Part shown: piece after piece, positions 22,701-34,320 of the stretch | How positions within the stretch are numbered: position 1 is the stretch's first letter | How the letters are laid out: each line of letters begins with the position of its first letter | Origin: Malacoraja senta | Taxonomy: Eukaryota | DNA: 64,000 bases | Direction of reading: 5' to 3' | NCBI GenBank assembly: GCA_038087875.1 | Contig: CM075981.1 | Coordinates: forward strand, 930,001 to 994,000 | Translations under genes and position numbers: made by a program | The notes under the pieces: model-generated | What the model was told of the DNA's origin: nothing | The model's database searches: none | What the model saw: only the letters and a program-made list of their open reading frames with translations

Positions 22701-24233
22701 TTGAAAAGTGGCTCTTTTTGATTTTTGCCCTGGATTTGTCTGCCTGCCACTTTTACTTTTCACCTTGCTACCTATTGCTTCCGCCCGCATTTTACACCCC
22801 TCTGTTTCTCTGCTCACCCATTTAAGAACCCCACCACCTCTTATTCTCTGTTTATTAATGTTTTCTTCTTTCCCCCCTACATGTTGGGTCTGAGTGCTTT
22901 CCTTCTCTGCCTCCTGCCTCACACACTGTCTAATAGCATTCTCTATTTGAGTCCCTCCCCCCAACCATTCTACTTTAAAGACTCCCCAGTAGCCTTTGCA
23001 GATCTCCTCGCCAGGATATCGGTCCCCCTCAGGTTCAAGTGCAACCCATCCTTTTTGTACAGGTCGAACCTTCCACAAAAGAGGTCCCAATGATCCAGAA
23101 ATTTGAATCCCTGCCTTCTGCACCAGTCCTTCAGCCACGCATTTATCCTCCACCTCGCTCCTTTCCTACTCTCACTGTCGCGTGGCACAGGCAGTAATCC
23201 CGAGATTGTTACCTTTGCTGTCCTTCTCTTTAACTCCCCTCCTAACTCCCTAAATTCTCCTTTCAGGACCTCTTCTCTTTTTTTAACCTATGTCATTGGT
23301 ACCTATATGTACCACGACCTCGGGCTCCTCTCCCTGCCCTTTCAGGATATCTTGGACACGTTGAGACACATCACAGACCCTGGCACCAGGGAGGCAAACT
23401 ACCATCCGGGTCTCCCGACTGCGTCCACAGAATCGCCTGTCTGACCCCCTAACTATAGAGTCCCCTATTAGTATTGCCCTCCTCTTCTTTTCCTTACCCT
23501 TCTGAGCAACAGGGCCGGTCTCTATACCGGAGGCCCGGCCGTTGTCGCTACCCCCAGGTAGGCTGTCCACCCCAACAGTGCTCAAACAGGAGTACGTATT
23601 GTCAAGGTGTACAGCCACCGGGGTACTCTCTCGTCCCTGCCTGTGCCCCTTGCCTCTCTCAACCGTGATCCACTTGCCTGCCTCCTGTGGTATTGGAGTG
23701 ACCACATCCCTGTAACTCTTCTCAATGAGTTCCTCGCTCTCCCTGACCAGACGGAGGTCATCGAGCTGCTGCTCCAGGTTCCTAATACGGTCCATTAGGA
23801 GCCCCATCTCGATACACCTGGCGCAGATGTGGACGTCTGGAGGGCTATCAGACTCCATGACTTCCCACATCTGACATCCAGAACAGTAAACTGCCCTGGC
23901 CCTCATACTCCCCTTACCTAGGATACAATACAAAACAAACTGCTACAATACAAAACAAACTGCTACAATACAAAACAAACTGCTACAATACAAAACAAAC
24001 TGCTACAATACAGTACAATCAGCAGGGATCTGACTCCCAATCAGCTGCTCCCTCTTGTCTGCTTCCACCAATCAGCGGCTTCCTCAAGCCCACTTGTTTT
24101 TGAAGTGGAACTTGGAACGTTGCCGATTTTGGCACTCTGTAAGGAACAAGCAAGCCCCGCGCTCCACTTTATCCCCTACCGCTCAGGTGTAGCTCCTCCC
24201 TCTGCGACAGCTCCAACGGCTCTCGGGCCTCTG
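19770..24233 (-). mobile_element. Near full-length CR1 LINE (ORF1 zinc finger/SGNH esterase; ORF2 APE endonuclease + RT)
   Basis: ORF1 23283-23933 and 22970-23188 (CSGC..CARC, LIGDSIVR, HIGTND, DGLHLN). ORF2 begins LNARSIRNK; 751-aa RT portion at 19870-22125 (GVPQGSVLGP, FADD). Disrupted by a stop near 22190 and a 13-nt deletion near 22410. Confidence 0.95.
23924..24013. repeat. 20-bp tandem repeat (tacaatacaaaacaaactgc) x4.5 in the CR1 5' region
   Basis: Four exact units plus a partial unit read directly. Confidence 0.95.
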
Positions 24234-24235
24234 TT

Positions 24236-24510
24236 GGATTAATTATATATGTTGTATTAATTATATATGACATTAATTTCATATCCACTAAAAAATAATC
24301 AATTCTTGAATATGTTTTATGTACCGAAGAGTAAAACGAATATTCCCTTCCTGCTGGATTAGCAGATCTCCATACATCTGTTATATTAGTATTTTTTATA
24401 TATGTATTTAGAAGTTCACTAGTCTTAGATTTTAAATTACTCCTTCTTTGTTTTACTGATTTGTCTAAGTATGGATCTAAAACACAGTTAAAATCCCCAC
24501 CTATTATCAC
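24236..24510 (-). mobile_element. L1/Tx1-type endonuclease fragment (element A, 3' part)
   Basis: IIGGDFNCVLD...DVWR...YSFYS..HKTYSRIDYFLV. Confidence 0.9.
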
Positions 24511-24522
24511 ATTTTTATAATT

Positions 24523-26992
24523 TTTTTTTTTTTTTTTTTTTAAATTTTTATTTATTAGAAGTACATTACATCACAGCCACATACATTAATACTCGTCATT
24601 TATATCTTCTTACAATTAATGTACTCCCTTTATTTTTTTTTTACGCTAAAGAAAGAAAAGATTGAAAGAGAGAAGAAAGTGAAGGAAAAAGTGCAAGTGT
24701 AGAAAAGTGTAGAAAATGTAACAACAAACAAAAAAAAAAAAAGGACGAGGACCCTATGAAAGCGAAATTAAAGACAAAAAAAAAAAAGGAGTTAAGAAAT
24801 AGGCCCTAAGAAAAGAAAAGAGAGAGAGAAAAAAAGAAAAACAAATGTTTTTTTTTTTTGAGCATCACGTAAATAGGACATACCAACTCTTCAACTATCA
24901 TCCCCCCTTACCCGACCTCAATTTTTTATTTTTTTAAAGTACTTTTGCACCCTATGTTTGTAATAATTCTATAAATGCAGACCACGTCAGGTGGAAGTGA
25001 TCTGGTTTACCTGCTAGGAGGAGTCTTATCTCTTCAAGGTGTAGTGTTTCAAACATATTTGAAATCCACATATTTATAGTTGGTATTGGAGCCTTCTTCC
25101 AAAATTTTAGAATTAGCTTTTTTCCAGTTATTAACCCATAATCCATTAATTTCTTTTGAAACACATTTAGTTCTGGATCATCTTCCGTTATTCCGAAGAT
25201 AATCCATTCTGCTTTGGGTATCAGTCTTGTTTTAAATAACTTTGTAAAGATTTCAAAAATTTCATTCCAAAATTTTTGAATTTTTCGTACAGAAGACAAA
25301 TGAGTGCGCTATAGTTGCTTCTTGGGATTGACATTTATCACAAATAGATGATACGTTTGGGAAAATTTTATGAATTTTAGTTTTCGAATAATATAATCTA
25401 TGTAAAATTTTAAATTGTATTAAAGTGTGTCTTACATTAATCGAGCATTTATGTACTTTTAATAAGTATTCATTCCAACTTTCCTTTGAAATTTTAATGG
25501 CTAACTCTTGTTCCCAGTCTCTTCTGATACCCTCCGTAGATGGTATTTGTACATTTAAGATAATATTGTACAAATATGATATTAAGTTTGCTGATTCCGC
25601 TTTTGTCTGCATTGCCTCGTCCAGTACATCTGCTGGGTTATTATGATGATCTTTTATATATTTTTTCAAATAGTCGCATATTTGAAAGTATTTAAAATAT
25701 TGATTATTTCCGAGTTTATATTTTATTTGTAATTGTTGAAATGAAAGTAATTTTCCAGTTTCATACAAGTCACCAAGCGTTTTAATTCCTAGTCTATCCC
25801 ATTGTGTATAAGCTTTATCTATAATAGAAGGACTAAACGAAGGGTTATTGACTATAGGTAATAAAAGTGATAAGTTTCTTAATTTTAAATTTTGTTTTAT
25901 TTGTTTCCAAATACGGATTGTACTATGAATAATTGGGTTCTTATTATAGTTTATGTTATTCAATTTCATTGGAGAGAGGAGGATCGCTCCAATGTTTCTA
26001 GAGGAGCAATCCTCTTTCTCCATTACAATCCAGTCTACTTGCTGGGCGGAGTTATCCATCAGTTGAATCATGTTTTTAATATTTACTGACCAATAATAAT
26101 ACATAAAATTGGGTAGTGCTAGACCCCCCAATACTTTAGATTTATTCAGATGGGTTTTTTGTATTCTATGTGATTTATAGTCCCATATAAAATTAGTGAT
26201 ATCTGAGTCGAGTTTTTTAAAAAACTTCTTAGGTAAGTATATAGGAATTGATTGAAATAGGTATAAAATTTGTGGTAAAAAGATCATTTTTATTGCGTTT
26301 ATTCGGCCTATTAAAGACATCGGAAGCGTTTTCCAGAATTTAATTAATGTATTCAGTTTATTAAGTAGGGGGTCAAAATTTGCCCTGAGCATACCTTGAT
26401 ATGCTCTGGTAATTTCGATTCCCAAATATTTAAATTTTTCTGTAGCTATTTTAAAAGGGAATTTTAAAAGATGTGTTGAATCTTTCGGTTTTATTGACAT
26501 AATTTCACTTTTATTCCAATTTATTCTATATCCAGAAAAAGATCCGAAGTCTTCAATTAAATTTAATATATTTGGTATAGTGATTTGAGGTTTTGTGATA
26601 TACAATAATATATCATCCGCGTATAAAGATATTTTATTATATGAGTCTTTAGTATTATATCCATGAATATCAGGGTGTATTCTAATTTTTTCTGCTAGCG
26701 GTTCAATAATGAGAGCAAACAGCTGTGGTGATAATGAGCATCCTTGTCTATTTCCCCTTGATAGTTGAAATTTCGAGGATAATATGTTATTAGTAAGTAT
26801 TCTAGCTGTAGGTTTGTTATATAGTAACTTAATCCATAAAATAAAATTCTCTCCCAGTTGAAATTTTTGTAATACTTTATCCATATAATTCCATTCTACT
26901 TGATCAAATGCTTTTTCAGCATCCAGCGAAATAATTGATAATTCTTGATCTTCAGATTTGTGTGAGTGCATTATGTTGAGTAGACGTCTCAT
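24523..26992 (-). mobile_element. 5'-truncated L1/Tx1-type LINE (element B) with poly(A), inserted into element A
   Basis: RT motifs SLDAEKAFD, RQGCSLSP, LYADD. Poly(T) on + at 24521-24542. TSD atttttataatt at 24511-24522 and 26993-27004. Confidence 0.92.
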
Positions 26993-27004
26993 ATTTTTAT
27001 AATT

Positions 27005-27167
27005 AAACTCTAATATTATATCTATAATTTTATCAAAAAATTGAGGGTTATCAAAATTCGGAGCATAAATATTTACCATAGTTATTGGGGTAGCATAAAT
27101 TTCTCCCGAAACTATGATATACCTTCCCTCTTTATCTGATATAGTATTCTTTAATTTGAAAGAATTA
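27005..27167 (-). mobile_element. L1/Tx1-type endonuclease fragment (element A, 5' part)
   Basis: SDKEGRYIIVSG...VNIYAPN; continues at 24510 as YKN-VIIGGDFN once element B is removed. Confidence 0.85.
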
Positions 27168-28860
27168 TGCATTAATCGAACATTTGTGTATATATATAAA
27201 ATTATTTTCCCATGTAACCTTCGTAATTTTGAACATTAATTCCCGTTCCCACTCTTCTCTAAGTACCTCTGTCGATGATAGGTCTATATTTAAAATACTA
27301 TTATATAAATATGATATTAATTTCTGTGTCAGCCTTAATATTCATTGCTTCTTCCAGTAAATCAAAAGTTATTTTTTGATATCCTTGTATGTATTTCTTC
27401 ATGAAATCGCAAATCTGAAGATATTTAACATTTTGGTTATTTTTCAGTTTAAATTTTAATTGTAATTGTTGGAATGATAATAGATTTCCCATTTCATACA
27501 TATCACTGGTCCTTTTAATTCCCATTCTTTCCCATTGGTTATATGTTTTATCAATAAGAGATGGTTTAAATAAAGGATTATTCGCTATTGACATTAACAA
27601 TGATAAATTTCTTCATTTTAGAGATAATTTTATTTGTTCCCAAATTCTTATTGTATCGTGTATAATTGGGTTCTTCTTATATATTGTGTTGTTCAGTTTT
27701 TTCGGGGAGAAGAGGATCGTTCCTATATTACAAGGAAAATAATCCTCTTTCTCCATTTTTATCCATTCTGTCTGTTGGGTAGAACTGTCCAACCAGTAAA
27801 TTATATTCTTAATATGCACTGCCCAATAGTAATACAAAAAATTCAGGACTGAAAGTCCCCCGACATCTTTTGGTTTACATAAGTATTTTTTTTTTATTCT
27901 GTGTGATCTATAATCCCAAATAAAATTAGTAATATTAGAGTCTAATTTAAAAAATATATATTTTGATATATATAATGGTATAGATTGAAATAGGTATAAT
28001 AATTGTGGTAGAAAGATCATTTTTATAGCGTTTATTCTATAGCGTATATAGCGTAATTACACCTATTAATGATAATGGGTTTTCCAAAATTTAATCAGCG
28101 TATTGAGTTTATTTAATAAAGGCATAAAATTAGCATTGAATAATGCTTTATATTTTCTAGTAATTTGAATACCCAAATATTTAAATTTTTCTGTTACAAT
28201 TTTAAAGGGGAACTTCAATAAGTGTGTAGATTCTTGAGGTTTTAACATCATGATTTCACTTTTATTCCAGTTTATTCTATATCCAGAAAAGGACCCAAAT
28301 TCCTCTATTAAATTTAATAAATTTGGTATGCTCGTTTGTGAATTTGTAATATATAGAAGTATATCGTCTGCATATAATGAAATTTTATTATTTGAGTCCC
28401 TAGTATTGTAACCCTGGATATTCGGATGAATTCTTATACTTTCAGCCAAGGGCTCTATCATAAGGGCAAATAGCAGGGGTGATAACGCACATCCCTGCCT
28501 ATTGCCCCTTGATAATTGAAATTTTGGAGATAACATATTATTGGTTAACATTCTTGCCATCGGTTTATCATATAATAATTTTACCGAAGCAATAAAATTC
28601 TTTCCCATATTAAATTTTTGCAGTACTTTATATAAATACTGCCACTCTACCTGATCAAATGCTTTCTCTGCGTCCAGAGAAACAATTGATATATCTTCTT
28701 CCTCCGTTTTATGTGAGTACATTATATTAAACAGGCGTCTCAAATTATTAAATGAATGTCCGTTTGATCAGGGTTTATCAATTTACTAATATATTTGCTT
28801 AATCTTCTTGCTAAAGTCTTTGCTAAAATGTTCTGGTCTGTATTTAAAAGTGATATAGCT
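27168..28860 (-). mobile_element. Degenerate L1/Tx1-type RT region (element C)
   Basis: ORFs 28066-28743, 27613-28020 and 27301-27600 are colinear paralogs of element B with frameshifts. Confidence 0.9.
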
Positions 28861-29569
28861 CCACAACACTACCCAGAGGCCTGCCATTTACTCTGTAGGT
28901 CCTGCCCTTGTTCGACGTCCCAAAATGCAACACCTAACTCTTCTCTGTATTAAATTCCATCAACCGATGCTCCGCCCCCCAGGTCAATCGATCCAGATCC
29001 TGCTGCAATCATAGGGGTTATGTGGAGAAGGCAGGAGAATGGGGTTAGGAGGGAGAGATAGATGAGCCATGATTGAATGGTGGGGTAGACTTGATGGGCC
29101 GTATCACTTATGCCTGATGACCGTATTACCAAATATTCCTCACTCGTGCCAGGTTTTTGACTCTTTTCACCATTTTCATTACTCTAAGAACATTAATTTT
29201 TTGTTTGAAATGTGCTGAGAAAATTTGAAACTCGAGAGTTAATATGCAAGATCAGTGAGGTTTCATACCCAATGTCTTGCTGAATTCTTCCTCATTTATG
29301 TTCCTCATAACGTTTCTACTTAAACGTTATTTTGCAATGAAGAGGAAGAGCTGAGCGAGTTACGTGTGACAATAAACTTAACTAGCTAATTAACTAACAA
29401 AAACCTTCAAAATGTAAATTAACAATTAGTGCTAAAAACATTTTTGATATAGTCTAGTCCTTGTGCAAAGTGCCAATATATGCTTGATTGTTATCATGGA
29501 CAAAAGAGGGATTGGAGGGGATGACTGTGGTGAAAAAGGTCCTTTATTAAGTTGGCTGCTATCTTGAGG

Positions 29570-29830
29570 CAGGGTGGCACAGTGACACAGCGGTAGAGTT
29601 GCTGCCAGACACCTGGGATCAATCCTGACTACGGAGATTGTACGTTCTCCCAGGGACCACGTGGGTTTTCTCTGGGTGCTCTGGTTTCCTCCCACATTCC
29701 AAAGACGTGCAGGTTAATTGGCTTCTTAAATTGTACCTAGTGTGCACGATAGAACTAGTGTATGGGTGATTGCTGGTCAGAGCGAACTTAGTGGGGCAAA
29801 GGGCATGTTTCCATGCTGTAACTAAACTAA
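29570..29830 (+). mobile_element. HE1/V-SINE-type SINE
   Basis: Head, V-domain and tail motifs. Confidence 0.8.
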
Positions 29831-30362
29831 ACATGACAGGAACAAGCCCTCGGGCCAATAATGTCCCTGCCAAACATAATGCCAGGAACCAGGCCATCTC
29901 ATAGATGAACTGAGGCCCAGGCCAATTTTAATTTCAGAATTTCAAGCAGAAGCCCCTCAATTTTAGATGTCCCCAAATCAAGATCCCTTTGAAGCAGACA
30001 GGCATGAGGCCCATGCCAAATGGCACTCATTGCCCCCCCCCCCCCTCTGATAGGGCTTGACCTGAACAAACCCTTATCTGGCTGCACATAATCCATATCC
30101 TTCCAGCCCTGCACCTCTATGTACTTATCTAAAAGTCTCTTACATCACACCCTCATGTTCATTTCCAACAGGTTTGAAGAAGCTGTTCCTGAAATTGGTG
30201 GAGTAGAATTTCAAGCTTTTATATCTTCTGCCTGGATGGGAGAGGGGAGAAGAGGGGTCGGCTGGGGTGAAAAAGGTCCTTAATTATGTTGTCTGCTTTC
30301 TTGAGGCATCGTGAGGTATAGATGGCTCAATGCAGTGCATCTATAGAATCTATACCATAGAT

Positions 30363-30398
30363 AGGTGATGTTTCGGGTCGGGGCCCTTCTTCAGACCC
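30363..30398 (-). ncRNA. Minimal hammerhead motif
   Basis: GGGU-CUGAAGA-A-GGG CCCCGA CCC-GAAAC-AUC-ACCU. Stem I (4 bp) and stem II can form. Confidence 0.55.
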
Positions 30399-30640
30399 GT
30401 CAAAATGTAGAAACAAGGAACCGAAGATACTGGTTTACACAAAAGACACAAAGTGCTGGAGTAACTCAGTGGGATAGACAGCATACCTGGAGAACAAATA
30501 GACAAAATTAACTGCAAAAGCTGGTTGACAAAAAGAGCAAGCAGTTGTGTTTGCCTCACCACAGATAGAGCATTAATTAACTTGACACATTGCTCAACAA
30601 TTGACTTCCAAGAAGAACACAGTTTTGCAAAGTCAAGACC

Positions 30641-31977
30641 TCTGAAGTCATGAAGACATTCGAAAGGCTTGTGCTGGCCAAGCTGAAAAATATCACAAAC
30701 TCCCTTCTGGATTCTCTGCAGTTTGCATATCGGGCCAATAGATCTGTGGATGATGCAGTCAACCTGGACCTGCACTTCATCCTACAGCACCTAGACCGCC
30801 AGGGGACCTATGCGAGGATCCTGTTTGTTGATTTTAGCTCTGTATTCTACACCATTGCGCCAGAGCTACTACACTCCAAACTTTCTGAGTTGACTGTGCC
30901 TGAACCCCATCTGTCGATGGATCACCAGCTTCCTGACAGACAGGAAGCAGCATGTGAGGCTGGGAAAACACATCTCGGACCCGCAAATGCTCAGCATAGG
31001 AGCACCGCAAGGCTGCGTACTCTCTCCTCTCCTCTACTCTCTCTACACCAACGACTGCACCTCTACAGACACCTCTGTCAAGCTTCTGAAGTTTGCGGAC
31101 GACTCAACCCTGATTGGACTGATCCAGGATGGGGAGGAATCTCCCTACAGACAGGAAGTATCACAGCTGGCGTCCTGGTGCCGTCGCAACAACCTAGAGC
31201 TCAATGCTCTTAAGACAGTGGAATTGCTTGTAGACTTTAGGAGAGCTCCCCCTCCCCTCACCCCACTCACCATCAACAACACCACAGTCACATCTGGAGT
31301 CTTTTAAGTTCCTGGGAACCATCATCTCCAAGGACCTTAAGTGGGGGGCGACCATCGACTCCACAGTCAAAAAGGCACAACAGAGGATGTACTTCCTACG
31401 GCAGCTGAGGAAGCACAATCTGCCACAGGCAATGATGGTCCAATTCTACACGGCCATCGTAGAGTCTGTTCTCACCTTCTCCATCATGGTCTGGTTTGGC
31501 TCAGCCACCAAGCACGACACCTGGAGGCTGCAGCGAATCGTCCGATCAGCAGAGAAGGTTATTGGTTGCAACCTTCCCTCCATTGATGAACTGTACACTG
31601 CAAGGGTCACGAAGCGAGTGGGCAAGATCATCTCTGACCCCGCTCACCCTGGCCACAAACTCTTTGAATCACTTCCCTCTGGAAGGCGACTCCGGATTGT
31701 CAAAGCTGCCACAGCCAGACATAAAAACAGTTTTTATCCACGAGTAGTTGCTCTACTCAACAGCCAAAAATCTGTATCCTCCCTTTGATCTGGTATTTTG
31801 TTGGTTCACATGCTTGATCAATGGTGTTTTATCATTAATGTTTTATTATTATTAATGTTTAGTGTTTTCTGAGTCATTCGTAACTGTTACTGTATGTCAT
31901 GTTGTTACTTGTGGGCAGAGCACCAAGGCAAATTCCTTGCATGTGAATACTTGGTCAATAAACTTACTTACTTATTA
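30641..31977 (+). mobile_element. 5'-truncated Rex1/Babar-type LINE, frameshifted
   Basis: MKTFERLV...LQFAYRANRSVDDAV...LFVDFSS, GAPQGCVLSPLLYSLYTND, KFADD, AQQRMYFLRQL; 3' tail caataaac(ttac)n. Confidence 0.88.
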
Positions 31978-32243
31978 AATTTGATCTTTATCTAAGCAAG
32001 ATAATGAGAACAATTTTGTGATCAACACGTCCACACTATATAACATTAACAAACAATTGTTCCTTCCTATTTTTTCTAAGTTGCTTCATACGTTTGTTGT
32101 TTGGCCAATAAAATGTAATAATAAAAAATGTAACGCATTACATTATGTTTAAGAAAGAACTGCAGATGCTGGCAAAATCGAAGATGGACAAAAATGCAGG
32201 AGAAACTCAGCGGGTGAGGCAGCATCTATGGAGCGAAGGAATC

Positions 32244-32277
32244 GGCGACGTTTCGGGTCGAGACCCTTCTTCAGACT
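32244..32277 (-). ncRNA. Minimal hammerhead motif in a pLTR element (~32150-32277)
   Basis: AGU-CUGAAGA-A-GGGU CUCG ACCC-GAAAC-GUC-GCC. Perfect core and stem II, canonical GUC triplet. Confidence 0.62.
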
Positions 32278-33010
32278 TATTTTATGGTCAGTATTGCAAG
32301 TGGCAATATAAACTGGAAGGTACAAAAACAAGGCTTCTGCAGAATGTTTAATAGCCAAGTTCCTTGAAAGTTCCTGAGCAGATTGGGAATCTGGTTGAAA
32401 AAATGAATTAACTCTGATACATAGAATATGAGTTTTTATGAAACTTTATGAAACATGCAAGAGCCAAAAAACTGCTCAAGGCACTCAATGCGTTAAGCGG
32501 AGTCTACAAGCTGAAATAAATTGTCAACATTTTGGGTCTAGACTGCACCAGGATACCTTCTTGCTTCAGATTCGAGCATCTACAGGTCTCGTGTACCTCC
32601 ATTTATAAAAAATGAGTTTGGTCACAATTGTAGTCACCACTTTAGGAAGGTTGTGAAATTGTTAGAGAGGTCCAGAAGGGATTTAGAAAAAGTAACTTAG
32701 GAATGAAGGACTTTAGTCCGGTGGATAATTGATCTCCTGAGAACAGAGAAGGTTGCAAAGTGATCTGATGGAGATGTTTAAATCAAGGAAAAATACAAAT
32801 GCCAAATGGAAGGCACAGTGGCATAGCGGTAGAGTTGCTGCCTTACAGCTACAGAGACCCAGGTTTGATCCTGGCAATGGGTGCTGTCTGCACTGAGTTT
32901 GTACGTTATCCCTCTAATCACGTGGGTTTCCTCCCATATTCCAAATACGTGCTGGTTTGTAGGTTTTAATATAACCCCAATGACCATATCTTTATATTTT
33001 TAAATGGTTA

Positions 33011-33220
33011 AGAAGGAACTGCAGATGCTGGAAAATCAAAGGTAGACAAAAATGTTGGTGAAACTCAGCGGGTGAGGCAGCATCTATAGAGCGAAGGAAA
33101 TAGGCGACGTTTCGGGTCGAGACCCTTCTTCAGTCTGAAGAAGGGTTTAGGCCCAAAACGTTGCCTATTTCCTTTGCTGCGTCACCCGCTGAGTTTCTCC
33201 AGCATTTTTGTCTACCTTTG
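33011..33220. mobile_element. Fold-back pLTR mini-element with head-to-head hammerhead motifs
   Basis: Central palindrome acccttcttcag-t-ctgaagaagggt (33122-33146). Flanks ttaaatggtta and ttaattggtta are TSD-like with 1 mismatch. Confidence 0.8.
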
Positions 33221-33918
33221 TTAATTGGTTATATGGTTAACTCATTGGTTATATGGTTAACTATGTTACATGTGACAATAAACTAAACTAACATACTAGG
33301 TTATTTGACTTCTGTAAATTGGCTCTAGTGTGTAAGATAGAACTAGTGTATGGGTGATTGTTGGTCGGCACAGACTCGGTGGGCCAAAGGGCCTGTTTCC
33401 GCACTGTAACTCTAAACATAAAAGTAAAAGTAGAACTAAAACTGACACAAAAATTAGTTTCTAGCTTAGCATAGATTCTAATAAATATATAAGGTTTGTG
33501 TACAACACATGGCCTGGAGAGAATGGATGTGAAGAGGATGTTTCCACTAGGAGATTTAGGACCAGAGGCCACAGCCCCAGAATAAAAGGACGTAATTTAG
33601 AAAGGGGATGAGGAGGAATTTCTTTAGTCAGAGGATGGTGAATCTGTGGAATTCATTGCCACAGAAGGCTGTGGAGGCCAAATCAATGAATATTTTTAAT
33701 GCGGAAATTGATAGATTCTTGATTAGTACGGATGCCAGAGTTTATGGGAAGAAGGGAGGAGAAAAGGGTTGAGAGGGAAAGATAGGTCAGCCATGATTGA
33801 ATGGTGGAGTAGACTGGATGGGCCAAATGGGCTAATTCTGCTCCTATCACGTGAACTTATGAACATGAGTTTAAATATGTTTCTGATGTGGTCCTTTCAA
33901 TAATGATGTATTTTCTAG

Positions 33919-33965
33919 AATCGAAAGGCAAGAGATCTCACAGAGAAGATAACAATGAAACCCAG
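33919..33965 (+). CDS. Candidate 47-nt cytoplasmic exon A (x)SKGKRSHREDNNETQ
   Basis: ttttctag| acceptor, CAG|GTAAGG donor, phase 1 to 0. Paralogous in size, sequence and downstream intron to 39415-39461. Confidence 0.6.
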
Positions 33966-34127
33966 GTAAGGATGTGAAGTGTGAATTGTCTGAATGTTTG
34001 AGAATATATAAACTAATATTATGTAGCATAACACAGGCCATTCAGCCCCACTAGTCCACTTCAACGTTAATACTAAACACCAATCGCTATGCATCCTTCT
34101 TCATCAAACCCCATCAACATCAACAAG

Positions 34128-34320
34128 GGTGGGACAGCTGGTAGAGCTGCTGCCTCACAGCGCCAGAGACCCAGGTTCGATCCTGACCTCGGGTGCTGTC
34201 TGTGTGCAGTCTTTACATTCTCCCTGCGACCACGTTTCCTCCAGGTGCTCTGGTTTCCACCCACATCCCAAAGACGTGTGGGTTTGTAGGTTAATTGGCT
34301 TCTGCAAATTGCCCCGAGCT
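34128..34320 (+). mobile_element. HE1/V-SINE-type SINE
   Basis: Head and V-domain motifs. Confidence 0.8.

Larger units (their letters stand above)
1..23417. repeat. Tandem segmental duplication, unit 1 (part visible in both copies)
   Basis: Position 1 (cccatcatcattctttgcgagg) matches 40769, and 23417 matches 64000. Offset is 40768 at the start, 40573 across the receptor gene and 40583 at the end. Many ORF-track translations are identical between copies. Confidence 0.97.

Noticed and set aside
23924-24013. 20-bp repeat as a CRISPR-like array
   Set aside because: Head-to-tail identical units with no spacers, inside a eukaryotic LINE 5' region.
29153-29365. Hydrophobic translations (FLTLFTIFITLRTLIFC; VLLNSSSFMFLITFLL) as the missing inhibitory TM exon
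   Set aside because: T-rich DNA readily gives such peptides. In-frame stops are present and there is no convincing acceptor/donor pair in the needed phases.
32130-32335. Possible relic TM exon split by the pLTR insertion (cattacattatg...ttatggtcagtattg)
   Set aside because: Only a short resemblance to exon 4, with no AG acceptor and no open hydrophobic frame after removing the insert.
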